Assembly (NCBI GenBank): GCA_964035545.1
Contig: CAXIUT010000042.1
Location: forward strand, 1-64,000
Source: Bugula neritina
Taxonomy: Eukaryota; Animalia; Bryozoa
Length of the DNA: 64,000 bases
Direction of reading: 5' to 3'
Shown here piece by piece: positions 27,976-40,703 of this stretch. Position 1 is the first letter of the stretch, and each line of letters begins with the position of its first letter. The notes beneath the pieces were generated by a model. That model ran no database searches. It saw only the letters and a program-made list of their open reading frames with translations, and was not told where the DNA came from. The position numbers and the translations under genes are program-made.

Positions 27976-29538
27976 ATGACCGAAATGAATTGGAAAACTT
28001 AAGAGTTGATCCAACGCACTTCTTATCGTAAACATCGGGCTCGACTAGCAGGTATTAATCATAACAATACTTCTAAGGATTTTCATTTACCTCCTAAACC
28101 AAGTGATAAGAAGGGATTACTAAATCATCAACTTAAACAATCAGAAATCAAACATTAAAATGATATTCTTCAAGTAAAAATTCAATCAATCAATAATAGA
28201 AATCATCAAGAGGCTAAATTGCTTGCTCTTAATGGACTTATGCATGAATTAAAACCGCCTGGCAATAGATATTCATAGGAAGATGGAAAACTGGATCTCA
28301 GATCAGATTTGAGTGATGGATAGCCTGTTAGATGCATAGTTCCTCCAACTAGGCATAGAGCTTTTTCTTTTTTGCCGAAAACAAAAGCACCTATCAGAGT
28401 AGAAACAAATACAAAAAATGTACGTAGATCAAAATATTTGGCTCAACAGTAGACTTTCATAAATTTAAGCAGTAGTCAGCAACATAGTAGTCTTGGCAAA
28501 AAAGATAAAGACTAATGTTTTTATCTGCCAGAAAGAAATGAAGAAAGATAAGTGCTATATCAGAAAACAATCATTATCTCTACAACTGAATCTTGTCTTT
28601 ATGAGTTGTCTTTATTAGGATAAAGAATGCTTATTACTGCAAGAGTTATGGGGCAGAATAAATAGTGTCTAAAGGAGTTGCTTTCTGTCAAAAGAAGTAA
28701 AATTATCTTGAAAGAATATAATAGTCGATGGTAGGAATTTATTTCAAGACTATCCATTGAAAATAAAAATCGAATTATTATCAAATAACAAGAGAAATAA
28801 CTCAAAGAAAGAGTTAGTCCAGAGGAAAGAACAAGAATCAAGAAAAAGCTACAAGATTAATTTATTCATAGAAATTTTTACTCGATCAAAAAAGATTAAT
28901 AGCAAATGTCAAATTAAAGTCTAAACAAACCAACCATTTCCACTTCAAAAATGGAGTCTCTTATTTAAAGACTTACTGCATCTAAAGCTTCAAATAAATA
29001 TCAGCATATATCTGAGGAGCCACACCCAAATAAAAAAATTATTTCTTTTTATAAAGGTTCAAGTATAAGAAAAAGCCCAGAGAAACTTTAGTCAAAACAA
29101 TAATCAAGATGTGAGGAAAAACAATCATCCAAACAATAATCTAGGCATGAATAAATAAAATAAAAAGAAAAAAGTCAAGAAGAATAATTAAAATCTGAAT
29201 TCATCAAATAAGATTAAGAACAAGAATAAGAGATGGTATAAGAAGATAACTATGAATAAGAATTTGAGAATGGTTCAGGTATTGCTAAAAGTAGTCCTCG
29301 ACCAAGTTAAAAGAATAGATCATTTCTTTCTCAAAAGAATAAGGATATTAATAAATCTTTAGTAAAAAGTGGAAATAACTCAAATATTTACTAAGAAGAT
29401 TATGAGGCATCATTTCAATAGGGTTCTCATTTAGATAGTAGCAAAAGAGAGGATATTAACAAAAATAAAAATTACAACAAATCAACTCTTAACCAAGAAA
29501 AAGTAGAATAAGAATACCCTTAATAGTATTAAAACTGA
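27976..29538 (+). CDS. Hypothetical protein
   Basis: Intronless open frame of about 520 aa with TAR=Glu. Confidence 0.8.
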
Positions 29539-29621
29539 TCTTTTTCTTTAAAGTATATATATACCTTACTATTAAATTAAAACTTTATCAAGTCTATTAT
29601 TTACAAATAATTTTCTTCTAA

Positions 29622-30094
29622 ATGTAAAGTTTCGACTAAAAGAAACAAAAAAGACCATTTACATCTCAACTAGTATTTCTAAAAATATCCAGGTTAAAAG
29701 ACAACATTCTCTAAAAGATAAGGAAAATGGATTTATTCTGGACTGCACTAAGTCTTCTCTTTCCCGATTGCCACAATACAATCATAATCAGCATCATAAA
29801 TAAAAACCTTATTTATCCTTCTTTTCAAATCCAACTAGTAAAATAATTGAGAAAGTAAATCTAGGATAAAGAAAAATTAGTAAATAAAAATTTCAGAACT
29901 TCTTGGTTCAAAAGTTTAATTGCCTCAACATGACCTATCTATAAAGTTAGGAGAAAAAAGAACCACAATCATACTTAAAGACATAATATTGTAGTTTGCA
30001 TAAAGAAAAAACTTCATTTAGAGATAAATAGAATGTATTTTTCTCACGGAAGTTTAAATGTTATGAGAAGAGAATAAAACGGTAACTACAATGA
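29622..30094 (+). CDS. Hypothetical protein
   Basis: One 20-nt intron; GFILDC...LPQYN segment. Confidence 0.6.
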
Positions 30095-30160
30095 TAATTT
30101 AAAATTGATTTAATTTGATATTTTAATCTAGGTAGCAGTCGTAAAGTTAAGTTGTAATGA

Positions 30161-30494
30161 TCAATCCTGTCCATCTTCCTGTTTAAGATTTTAAAGCTGA
30201 ATGATAAAAAAAATACTTCCTTTCGACATTGTTCAAGCTCTTTTCTTAATTTACCATTCTCCTACTTCACTCTTTCAAACTCAGATTTTAATTTAAGAGT
30301 GTCCAACTCTACTGGAGCACCTAAGTTCTTTTTTAAATAATCGATTGAGTTATTAGGCTTATCTCCTTCTTCGTAGAGACCAACAAGGGATCTTGTAAGA
30401 TGGTCAATAACGCCAGTTTTTTAGAGATATTTTCTGAATTCTTCCTTTTTGCTTTATGTGGTCTCAATTAGATAAGAATTACCTGGTAGCTCAT
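30161..30494 (-). CDS. MYCBP: c-Myc-binding protein (AMY-1)
   Basis: SKKEEFRKYLEKTGVIDHLTRSLVGLYEE...DYLKKNLG; two tiny introns. Confidence 0.93.
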
Positions 30495-30559
30495 GGGAAT
30501 ATAACTTATATGAGTGATTTGAAGTAGAATAGTAGATTAGCAATAATATTTATTTGTAA

Positions 30560-31014
30560 ATGCCCCGCTCAAAGGCCGTCGCAAAGAAGAGCTCAGAGAA
30601 GCCTTCTAAAAAGAATCTTCACTCCCAGAAGATTGCTCGCAAGACAGCACCTGTCACCACAGGAGTTCGCAAGCATCGTTGGAGACCAGGGACAGTTGCC
30701 CTCAGAGAAATAAAAAAATACCAACGTTCAACCGATCTTCTCATCCAAAAAGCACCCTTCCAACGCAAAGGTAATTAAAATTTTACTCAGTCAGACATAT
30801 CCTCAAATCTCTTGGAGCTCTTACTGACAAATCATCAGGACAAGTTGTTCATCGTTTTCAAGCATCAGCTCTCCTTGCCCTCCAGTAGGCATGTGAAGCA
30901 GCAGTGATCAACCTTTTGGAAGATGCTTACCTTTGTACATTCCACGCCAAGAGAAGAACTCTCTTCCCAGCTGATGTTGCTCTTGCCCGCCGAATTCGAG
31001 GCGACAAATATTGA
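30560..31014 (+). CDS. Divergent histone H3, CENP-A/CenH3-like
   Basis: Histone fold with 20-nt intron 30771-30790, extended loop 1, and [28 protein letters not shown]. Confidence 0.9.
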
Positions 31015-31062
31015 AAAACACCATGATCCTCTCATTTCATCATAAATACATATCACTTATCT

Positions 31063-32653
31063 TCAACTAACATCACGTCTAATAAACTGTGATAGAACTC
31101 CGCCTCCTCCGCTGCCTCCCATATTTGAAAATTCCATTCTTTTTTTTTAAGCATCAAACTGTGATTGCCTTGAGAAACGACTTTCTCCTTAATTTCTGCT
31201 TAGTTCTATTGGTTTTTGATTAACTTGAAGATATTGGTAACCTTTCAGTTGGGATTTCTTTTCGTGTTAATTTTATTGATGGATAGGATGCCCAATTCTT
31301 TCAAAAGCTTCTGAATTTGAAAGATTTGAATATGATGAGTCCTAAAGAAGTGCATTGACGCCATTTTGATGTTCAGGGATAGTATATTGGCCTAGGTTTC
31401 GAATAATATTGCTGTCATGCATGAATTGCTCAAGAACAGGAGTATTTATTGGCATTAAATTAGTTTAAACTAATTTGATAGCTGATACTTTAGATGAATA
31501 AACATTGTTTACTTTTACCTGAGGTTCCAAAGCTCTTTTTGGAGACTCTTTTTCAGTTTAAATATTTCTTTTCTGCTTAATATTTTGTAATGAATGTTTG
31601 GTGTGATTTTGATTAAACATGTTTATTCCTTCATGCTCACTTGCAACCCTATCATCAGAAATATATCCCTATTCAACTGATCTTCTAGGACTAAGATCTC
31701 GAACTGGTATTTGAGGCATTTGATAAGAATTAGGATGAATGTAGTTCAAAAATGAAGGTTTATTAAAATTTGTCATTAGATCATTTTTACTTAGATATTT
31801 TTTATCATAGTTAGAATGCATTTTTGTTCGATCTTATTGAAGACTACCTAAGTATGTCTACTTTTTTAGCTATGTTTTTAAAATATTTGATTTGAGAGAA
31901 GTTGGAAGGAACAGAGAAGAGATAACTTGTTCATTTTACAATTGATACTAAGGTATACGAAGATAAGCAAGTAGATATTTTGTTTATGTCTCTTTAATCT
32001 CATAATCACTATTATAGTCAATGAATTAAAATATTGCTCTTAATTGATTATCTCCTTAAAAACCCAAAATTTATTTTAATTCCAACTCATTAAGAAGATA
32101 TTCTTCTAGAAGAGCGGTTTTCATTTCCTAGTGCTAAGCAATACAGATGCAATTCATTAAAAGTATTTCATTAAGTAGCAAAAGGACTGTCTATTGAGTA
32201 TCTTTTTTGGGTAAATCCATTTTTTTCGTGATAGTGTCTCTTATCAAAAGATCTTGGCCTAATTCCATTGAAAAGTGAGGTTTAAGTAGATTAAGATATG
32301 CTAGGTATGTCATTTTTGATTGAGTTGTATTGCTTCCGAATCTTATGAAAAGTCTTAGTATATCCTGATCTTGGATACGTTCGTTTCCTATGAATTATTT
32401 GACATCCTAAATAAAAATAGACATACATAGAGGTCAAGATATCCTTTATTTGTAAGATCTAGAGCTTCAAAGACAGCTTCAGGAGAGAATTCTTGAGATG
32501 AAAATCCACATAATTTCTATTTTATTTTTTAAATCTCATTTAATAACCTAATACTTTGTTCGAAATAGTAATAAGGAGTGTGAGAATAGAAGCTATTTTT
32601 TGATTTCTTTCTTTATTCTGACTTTCTAAGTGAAGGCGCCCCTTGCTGTTCAT
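31063..32653 (-). CDS. EF-hand-containing hypothetical protein
   Basis: FSPEAVFEALDLTNKGYLD motif; two 20-nt introns; long disordered tail. Confidence 0.75.
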
Positions 32654-32816
32654 TCTTATATTATTATGCGTTAGAACAATCTCATATTACATTTTTAGAT
32701 TAAATAAAACTAAAAGTGACCATCATCTTATCAAAATAAAAATTCATTTGAATTTAAAAAAAGGAAACATAGCTTATGAATAATAGTATAGTGTTCTAAA
32801 TAATATTTGATTTAAT

Positions 32817-33460
32817 ATGAACAAAACTTTATCGATTCGTCGCAAGTAAAAAGATATTTTTAAACTACGTTCAGCCGACTATGAAGTGACTTAAACTGAA
32901 AATCAATCTACATATCATATTTAGTTCACAGGTATGTTTCAAATCATTTAGGTCCAAAAAATACTCCATATTAAAAAGGCAAGTGGAGAATAAACCTTTA
33001 TCTACCTGAATAATACCCATATAAAAGTCCTTCTGTAGGCTTCCTTAATAAAATTTTTCATCCTAATATTGACTATGGGTAACTAGATTTTAAATCAGAT
33101 CAGGATCAGTTTGTCTTGATGTAATAAATCAAACCTGGACTCCCATGTATTAATTAGTTAATATTTTTTAAGTATTTCTTTTATAACTAGATTTTTCTGC
33201 CTCAACTACTAACTTACCCTAATCCTGCTTCACCTTTGAACCATGACGCAGCTGAACTATTTGAAAAAAATGTGGAAGGGTATAATAAAAAAGTCAAATA
33301 AATAGTCAATAAATATGCTTTGAATAAGTAATTTAAAGAATAAGGAGAAGCTATTGAGATTGAATAATCTAAATAAGAAAACAGTTTTGAGGAAGGAAGC
33401 TGTTCTCTTTCAGAAGGTAATTCTCCTTTATCATCTGACAATGAGCTCAACTTTTATTGA
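32817..33460 (+). CDS. UBC8: Ubiquitin-conjugating enzyme UBC8/UBE2H
   Basis: [43 protein letters not shown]; three tiny introns. Confidence 0.96.
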
Positions 33461-33590
33461 TTATTGCTATCTTACTAAATTTTATTTTATCAATAGAATA
33501 TCAATGATTTTTAAAGATTGATTCAAAGTTTTAAAGATAGTTTTCTGGTTTATTATTGCTTGACAATATAATAAACTAACTTATTTGAAT

Positions 33591-34731
33591 ATGAACTCGG
33601 ACCAGTTCAACCTTCTTCTTAATAAACTATAAAAACTACAAAAAGAAAGGTAAAAAGAAGATGTAGGACCTCCTCTTAAACACTAACCTGAAAGAGCTCA
33701 TTCGAAATCTAAGCGTAATAACAATCAATCTCGTTATCCCAATGATATACTTAAGTATGATGTAACTGAAACTCTGGGAGCAGGTACTTTTGGACGAGTT
33801 AAGCAGGTAATTGGACCTAATAAATAAGTACTAGCTCTTAAACAAATTTCTAAATCTCATATTATCAATCTCAAACAAGTGGAACATATTAAATTGTAGA
33901 AAAAGATATTAAGTGAGCTAAATCATCCTTTTATTTACTCTTTAAAGACAGCTTTCCAAGATGAGACATTTATTTACATGATATTTTAGTTCTGTTCAGG
34001 AGGATAGCTTTTTAATCGATTGAGAAAGGATGGTCGCTTTAGCAATGATGTGGCTATGTTCTATATTTGTGAAATATTGCTTGCTATTTGCTATATGCAT
34101 GAGAAAAATATCATTTACAGAGACCTTAAACCTGAAAATCTCCTCATTGATAAAGAAGGACACATGAAAATTGCTGACTTTGGATTTGCTAAAAAACTGA
34201 ATAATGATCGTACTTTTACTCTTTGTGGTACTCCAGAGTATCTAGCTCCTTAAATCATTCTTGGTTCTAAATAGGGTTATGGGAAAAGTGCAGACTGGTG
34301 GGCTTTAGGGATACTTGTTTATTAGTTACTAACTGGGTATTTCTTTTATAATTTAGTCATCCACCATTCTACGATATGAAGCCAATAGGAATTTATCAAA
34401 AAATTCTTAAAGGAATAATTTAATTTCCTGCTTTTTTGAGTCTTCGTTCAAAGGACTTGATTCGAAAGCTTTTAAATCCAGAAGTAAGATATCGAGTTGG
34501 AGTAGCTGATGTATAATAATTTATAAATAGAATGGAGTTTCAATTAAAAGTCATAAGTGGTTTCGAGGAGTTGATTGGGAGGCAGTTCACTAAAGAAGAA
34601 TTCCTGCTCCTTGGGTGCCATATCTTCGTAGTTAAACAGATATTTGTTGGTTTGATAAGATACCAGATACTCCAAGAAACCAAAATGATCCAATTACTGA
34701 AGAACAACAAGACCTGTTTGCTGATTTTTGA
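33591..34731 (+). CDS. PKA-C: cAMP-dependent protein kinase catalytic subunit
   Basis: [47 protein letters not shown]-terminal FADF; two 20-nt introns. Confidence 0.96.
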
Positions 34732-34853
34732 CCAGGAATAAAATGATTAATCTTAAGTTATTTAGATTTCTATCTATGTTATTTAAAGTTAACTATTACT
34801 TTTCAAGTAAAAATATCTCCTGATTAATAATATTTATAAGTGCTAGAAATCAA

Positions 34854-35508
34854 ATGGGAAACATATGCGCAAATAATTTTGAGAGATAAGAAGAAGAGTA
34901 AACCATAGATACCTATAAGAACTAGATCCATTTGTAAGTTCAACTAGGATTATTTTGTTCCATTTCTTTAGTGCTTGGTAAAAATAACTCTATTAAGGAC
35001 ACTACAGACAACAAGAAAGTGATTCTTTATTAGTATTTACTGAACTAAGGCATATATAAAATTGCGACCCTGTTAGAGAATTCATTTCTTAGCCTTAAAA
35101 GTTGATAGAAACAATCAATAAAATGCGCAGTATTTTCATTCCCACTAAGAAAGCTTTTATATCATTAACATAGCCAAGAATTCATCATACAAAAAGCTTC
35201 TTTTATGCGTTCTTCCTATCTACAGTAGTTAAGAACAAGAAGATTATAAAGTTTAAGTTAGAAATATAATGAGATAAGCTTTGGAAAGTAGTCCCTAAAT
35301 AACATTATAAATGCTCAACACAATTGAAGGAGTTCATGGTTTACCAAATCAACTATTATTGAGAGAGTTGCTTCAGTAATTGATTAAAATGAATAAAAAA
35401 AATCAGATTTATTTGATAACTACATAAAAGAAAATGTTAGATATGTATAGATACGAGATCATCAATACATAAGCATACACTATTAAGGATAATCCACATG
35501 ATTTATGA
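34854..35508 (+). CDS. N-acylated protein with divergent macro-domain-like C-terminus
   Basis: MGNIC start; KKLLLCVLPIY...VRNIMREAL...GVHGLP...IYLIT pattern. Confidence 0.55.
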
Positions 35509-35602
35509 TTTTTCATTGAAAATCAAAACATAATACAATACTTTAAAAATTACTTTAAATATGAAAAATAGTATAAAAATTGAACTTAAATTTTGCTTTA
35601 AA

Positions 35603-36299
35603 TCAACTTGTAACATCAAAAGCAAGCCTAGCCATAACTTTATCACCGATTCTTGCAAATCCTTCACATTTATCACCATTCTGAACAGGTGCTACTCCAT
35701 CAGGAGAACCAGTTAATATTAAATCTCCTTATTAAAATTTAATATATCGGCTCACATAGCTTATCAGTTCATCTATTTTAAAATGCATGTTTTTAGGGCT
35801 TTCTTTTTGTCTAGTTTGACCATTTACCTAACTATCCTAGTATTTACAATCATCTCAAGTTCAATAGAATAGGGATCAATTTCTTTATCGATCATATCTG
35901 AGACAGGGCAGAAATTGTCCTGACCTTTTGATAATGCCCAAGGCAATCCTTTAGATTTCTCTTCATTTTGAAAAGCTAAATTAAAAAAAAATTACTTCGA
36001 TCTGTAAAGTCGATTCCAAGAAAATAACCTCCAATATATGAAAAAGCTTCTTCTTTTGGTATATGACTTCCTGCTTTATTTATGAAGATTCCTAATTCTA
36101 ATTAATGATCAACTCGATGAATTTTTGAAGTGGGTAAATGCACCTTTTAAGGTTGATAACAAATAGAAGACCAGGGTTTAAAGAAGATGACAGGATCTTT
36201 AAGAGGTTCAGCTCCACCCATTTCTTTTATATGTTTGATATAGTTTTTACCAATTCCTATTATCTTAGGATATTTTTTTACTATGTTTGCTTGGTACAT
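35603..36299 (-). CDS. FAHD1: Fumarylacetoacetate hydrolase domain protein
   Basis: GIGKNY..H..E, FFKP, HELELG, DFTDR, GLPWALSKGQD, GDLILTGSP motifs. Confidence 0.95.
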
Positions 36300-36369
36300 G
36301 ATTTATATCAAAATTATTTTATTGATAATAAATTATATCTATTACTGTAAAAGGATCATTTAGATTGTT

Positions 36370-36861
36370 TCAAACAATTGGAGGTGTTTTATTGGGGAAG
36401 CTATTGATTCCATTTTGCATGAATAGATCTTTTAGGTTGCTGCAAGGTAGATAAGTTTATTCAAGCTTCCAATATCCTGTTAGTTAAATTCTTTAGTTTT
36501 TAGTTTATAAAACAACAAAATATGTAGTCTGACAATGAATTTGCCATAAGCATGATTGTTCTTCTAAAGCGATTCCAAAGATTTAATTGTAAGCAACAGT
36601 ATATTATTCAGGACAGCAGCAGTCACATGATCCACGATAAGTCAAAATATGAAGTTATCTTCTGTTGTTATCTAAAGTTAATTTTGATTCTCTTAGTTAG
36701 AAATAGGCCATCCCACAAGTTAATGGACAAATGTACATCAAAAATTATTCTCTGCAGAGAAGGTCAAATGAAAATACTTGAGTTTAATTAACCCTTCCAG
36801 GCACCATATTGCGTTCAGAAGGGGGACCTTGTTGTTATTTCGGATTTGTCTGATTTATCAT
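36370..36861 (-). CDS. Cys-rich hypothetical protein
   Basis: Intronless 163-aa frame containing CDCCC. Confidence 0.7.
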
Positions 36862-36999
36862 TTTATCAAATTATATTAAAGAGATCTATCAAGTATTATA
36901 TATTTAATAATAGTGAATTATATTGAGTCAATTTCTAATTAAATAATTTATCATAATTTTTAATTAAAAATTAGAATTAAAATAATTTTATGACTTTAA

Positions 37000-38244
37000 T
37001 CAGAAATTATTTTGTTTTTACAAGAGTTCAATTTCGATATTATTCTATTTTTTTTCAGGTACTTGTTAAGAAATAAATTTTAGAGCTACTTAGCGAAGAA
37101 TCCATAAGAGAATTGCTCCAAAAGTAAGAGAAAATAATAGCATATTCACATGAATATAATGCATGAGAAGTCCTACAAACATAGTAATCACTCCTTAAGA
37201 TATGACTGCTGCTGTACCAATGTTAGTTGCTTGATGGTCATCAATAGTAAGACCTCCTTCAATTGGAAAGGAAAATATTAAAGGGAAAATAGATGACATA
37301 CTTAGTCCGAATAAAATTGAACTTACAAAACAAGTCAATGTAGGAAAACCCATTTATACCAATAGAATTGAGATAATTCCAGTAAGTATATTTCCTCCAA
37401 CTAATAATTTCAGTTTGTAGTGACTTTGACCAGGAGCAAAGGCTAAGATGAATCGAAATAGAGTGATTCCAATCCAAAAGATACTTGGGAAAAGTGTTGC
37501 ACCAGAGCTGTTTGTTACTCCAGTTAGGACAGCAAAAGATGAAATCCAGCCTCCAAAAGTGCACTCTACTCCAACATATAAAAATATCATAAAAGATAGA
37601 ATATATTCCAATTTTTGACTAATTGGTAATCCTTTATGTTAATTATCTTTGTGTTCAGTTTATTTTTGATATTTAAATCCACTATTTTATGGTGTTTTTT
37701 TGCAAAGATAAAATGGAACAAGAATACAAATAATACTACCAAAAACTAGAAAGCTGTTTGTTTAGAAGATGTAGACGAAAAGAGGTGATAAAAGAGCTCC
37801 CACTCCAAAGGCTCCATGACCTATAAGCATCCAATATTCAAGTTATTAGATAGGACTAATCAAAAGAATACACATATTTAATAGAACTTAAAATACAGAT
37901 AATCCAACGCTATTGAAGAACATCCAAGTGCCTAACCAAAATGATGAAAGAGTAAAATTCATTAATACAGAAAAAGTAAATATGGTTAAAGCTCCGAATG
38001 CTAGAATATTATGATATGCAAATTCTTTTTTTTGTAAAATTTTGATGATAACAGCTCCTAAGAGCATACCTCCAGATCGACAACTGAAGAGAAAGGAGTA
38101 TTATGTTTATATGATTCCTGTTTCTACAGTCAAATAGGGAATCAATGATCCTAGTCCTATTATATTAACTCCATAAAAAGCCATACTGAGACAGTAGAGT
38201 AAGAAATAACTAAGATGCTAGGGATGTTTTGTAGATTGGGGCAT
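37000..38244 (-). CDS. MFS transporter (FucP/MFSD4-like)
   Basis: About 12 TM segments; GLGSLIP, HGAFGVGALLSP, YVGVECTFGGWI motifs. Confidence 0.92.
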
Positions 38245-38331
38245 TTGCTTTTTATTTATATTAAATCAACTTTCAAATTAAGATCTATTATCACTTCAAT
38301 ATACTAATAACTTGGCTAGTATACACTTCAA

Positions 38332-40666
38332 ATGAACACTCATCCCTGTCGACAACAAAATTGTCATGCCAATGAATAGATCTTTGGAGTATGCCTAGAA
38401 CAAGCTTGTGAATACCATCCCCAAGTTTGTAGAAACTGTTTAGCTGATCTTCATAAGGGACATCTGGTCATCTCTTTTGAATATCTCCAGAAAACCTTGC
38501 CAAATGAAATTCAGGTTGAACAATCAGAGGAGCATTAAAGCTTATTTCTTCAGGAGGAAGGAATGTTGACAAAATTGGTTGAAAACGTACTTTTTTGCTA
38601 GTTTAGTCATGTAGATCCTTGGTTGAAACATCTGAAAAAATGTGTGAAAACATCTATAAAGAAGAAAATCTGCATAAAATGTTCTATAAATATCTAAAGG
38701 GTACAAAAATAACTGAAATGATCAAATAGCTTAAGTATTCAAAATGCCTCCATCCTGAACAATTGAAATCTTATTTGAAAACAATCAGAACTTATTATTT
38801 TGAAGGAGGTTATTAAAAAAATGAGGTGAAACAGGATGAAGTTGTCCTCCAAAAACATATTGAACAAATATTTGAATAAGCTTAATATCAAATTAAAGAT
38901 GTAATTAATAACTTAGACAAAAATATTCACAACTATCTTTCCAGAAGTAGCAATAGTGAACCTATGGTCAAGTAAGAGGAAGTATAAAGCCCTCCATTTA
39001 TTTTCAAAGGAGTGAATTAATCTATTAAAATGATAGAAGAAAATCTAACAAAGATTAATGCTCAAATTAGAGTAAAAAAACAGCGCAAAGAAATGATTCC
39101 TGAAGAAGGTTAAAAATAAGAACTTCGTCGATTTAATCTAGTTAGAAATAAAAATTAGGCTGAAGAAAAAGTAATTTTAAGAGAAACTAGAGAATCAAAA
39201 ATAGGAATCTTACTTTTTTATATTGATATCGGTCGAATAAAAGAGCTAACTCTAATAAATAATGCTACTCCTTGTCTCATTAATGCAAAATTAGCTCAAC
39301 ATATTGGATAAATGGTGAACTTAAGAGTTTTGAGAATCTTTTGGACAAGAGATCTAGAAGAAATAATAGTCTGCAGAATGTTAAAAAAACTTACAGATCT
39401 GGAAGAGCTTTGTCTTTGTGAATTCGATGATTGCAATGAACTTATGGTTGATTCCATTAAAATAAATAATCCTAAACTAAGAAAGTTATGCTTCAGCTTA
39501 GATATTCACCATTTTCTCAGATATTCTGAAGAAAACCTTGAATTTATGCCAGATTGTGCATTCTATTTTCAAAATGAATAAATTTCGATTGGCCTTTCAA
39601 GTGGTTTGAAGAATTTAGCTACATTAGAACTACATCATCCAGAAAATTAATTTTATTGGATTGGTTATATAAAAAAATATGGAAATCAACTCTCTTAATT
39701 CACTTTATCCAATATAGATCAAACTGATGGTTCAGTCGAATCAAGATGCAACAAAGATTTTGATTATAGTCCATTGATTAAGGCTTTAGAGAATAGTAAG
39801 AGACTTAAATGCCTTCGTTTTGAACGTATTATTAAGTATATTTAGAAGTTCACTTTGAATAAAACTTTCTTTTGAAGGTTATTAAGAATAATCCCCAACT
39901 TTAAACTTTTATGGCCAATGAATGTTCTTCAATAAAAAGAAATACGTATGAACTTCTGAGTACAAACGCTACTCATCTTGAAGAATTTTGTGTTCAGATG
40001 GATGATAAATTTTCCATTGAAAGTATTGCTCAATTGAAGTCTTTAAAAACTTTGGTTATCAGTATTTATTAATCTATTTAGGAGGATGTTGGGGAGTTAA
40101 AGAAAATAAGTTTATCGAAGTGATTCAACTTTTCAAAAAGATCAAATGTTTGATTTTAGGTATTGATATCTTTATCAAGATCATAATAGAGAGTGGTTTA
40201 CTTTCAAAACATTGAAAGTTTTGGGAAAGCTTTCTGATCTAAAGGTGCTTAATATAAGTAAAAAATATTTGACATAGGTGGCAATAATCTCAAAAAAAAA
40301 GATATTGAATGTCTGAAATCAGTTCCATACCTCAATACTCTGATTTGTCATAGCAATTGCTTCGATTTTACTGACTTAGTAGACTTTTCTTTCGCTAAAA
40401 CTTTGAAAAAGATATCAATTGGAAAGAATATTGATATTTATAAGGAAGGAAATTTCTAAAAGATTCAAATAAAGATATTAGTGGAAAATTTTCCTTGTCT
40501 AACTCATCTGAAATTGAGAGGATTCAAGGGCATAAAGTGCTAATTTTTGGAATTATTGGTGCGTTTGATTTGTTTGACTATTGTTGAAGGTATAACCTAC
40601 GATATTTCGATGGCAAAAAAGTTCTGTAAGCAGAAAGGAATCTACTTTAATGAGAACTCTGATTGA
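38332..40666 (+). CDS. B-box-like Zn finger, coiled coil and RNI-type LRR protein
   Basis: N-terminal C..H...C...C.....C..C...H..H; repeated LxxLxL units; five 20-nt introns. Confidence 0.85.
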
Positions 40667-40703
40667 TTATCATCCATTAAATAATAATAATCATGATTAA
40701 ATA

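Noticed and set aside
32560-32692. Frameshift at the start of the EF-hand gene
   Set aside because: A 20-nt GT...GAG intron restores the frame from ATG 32653.
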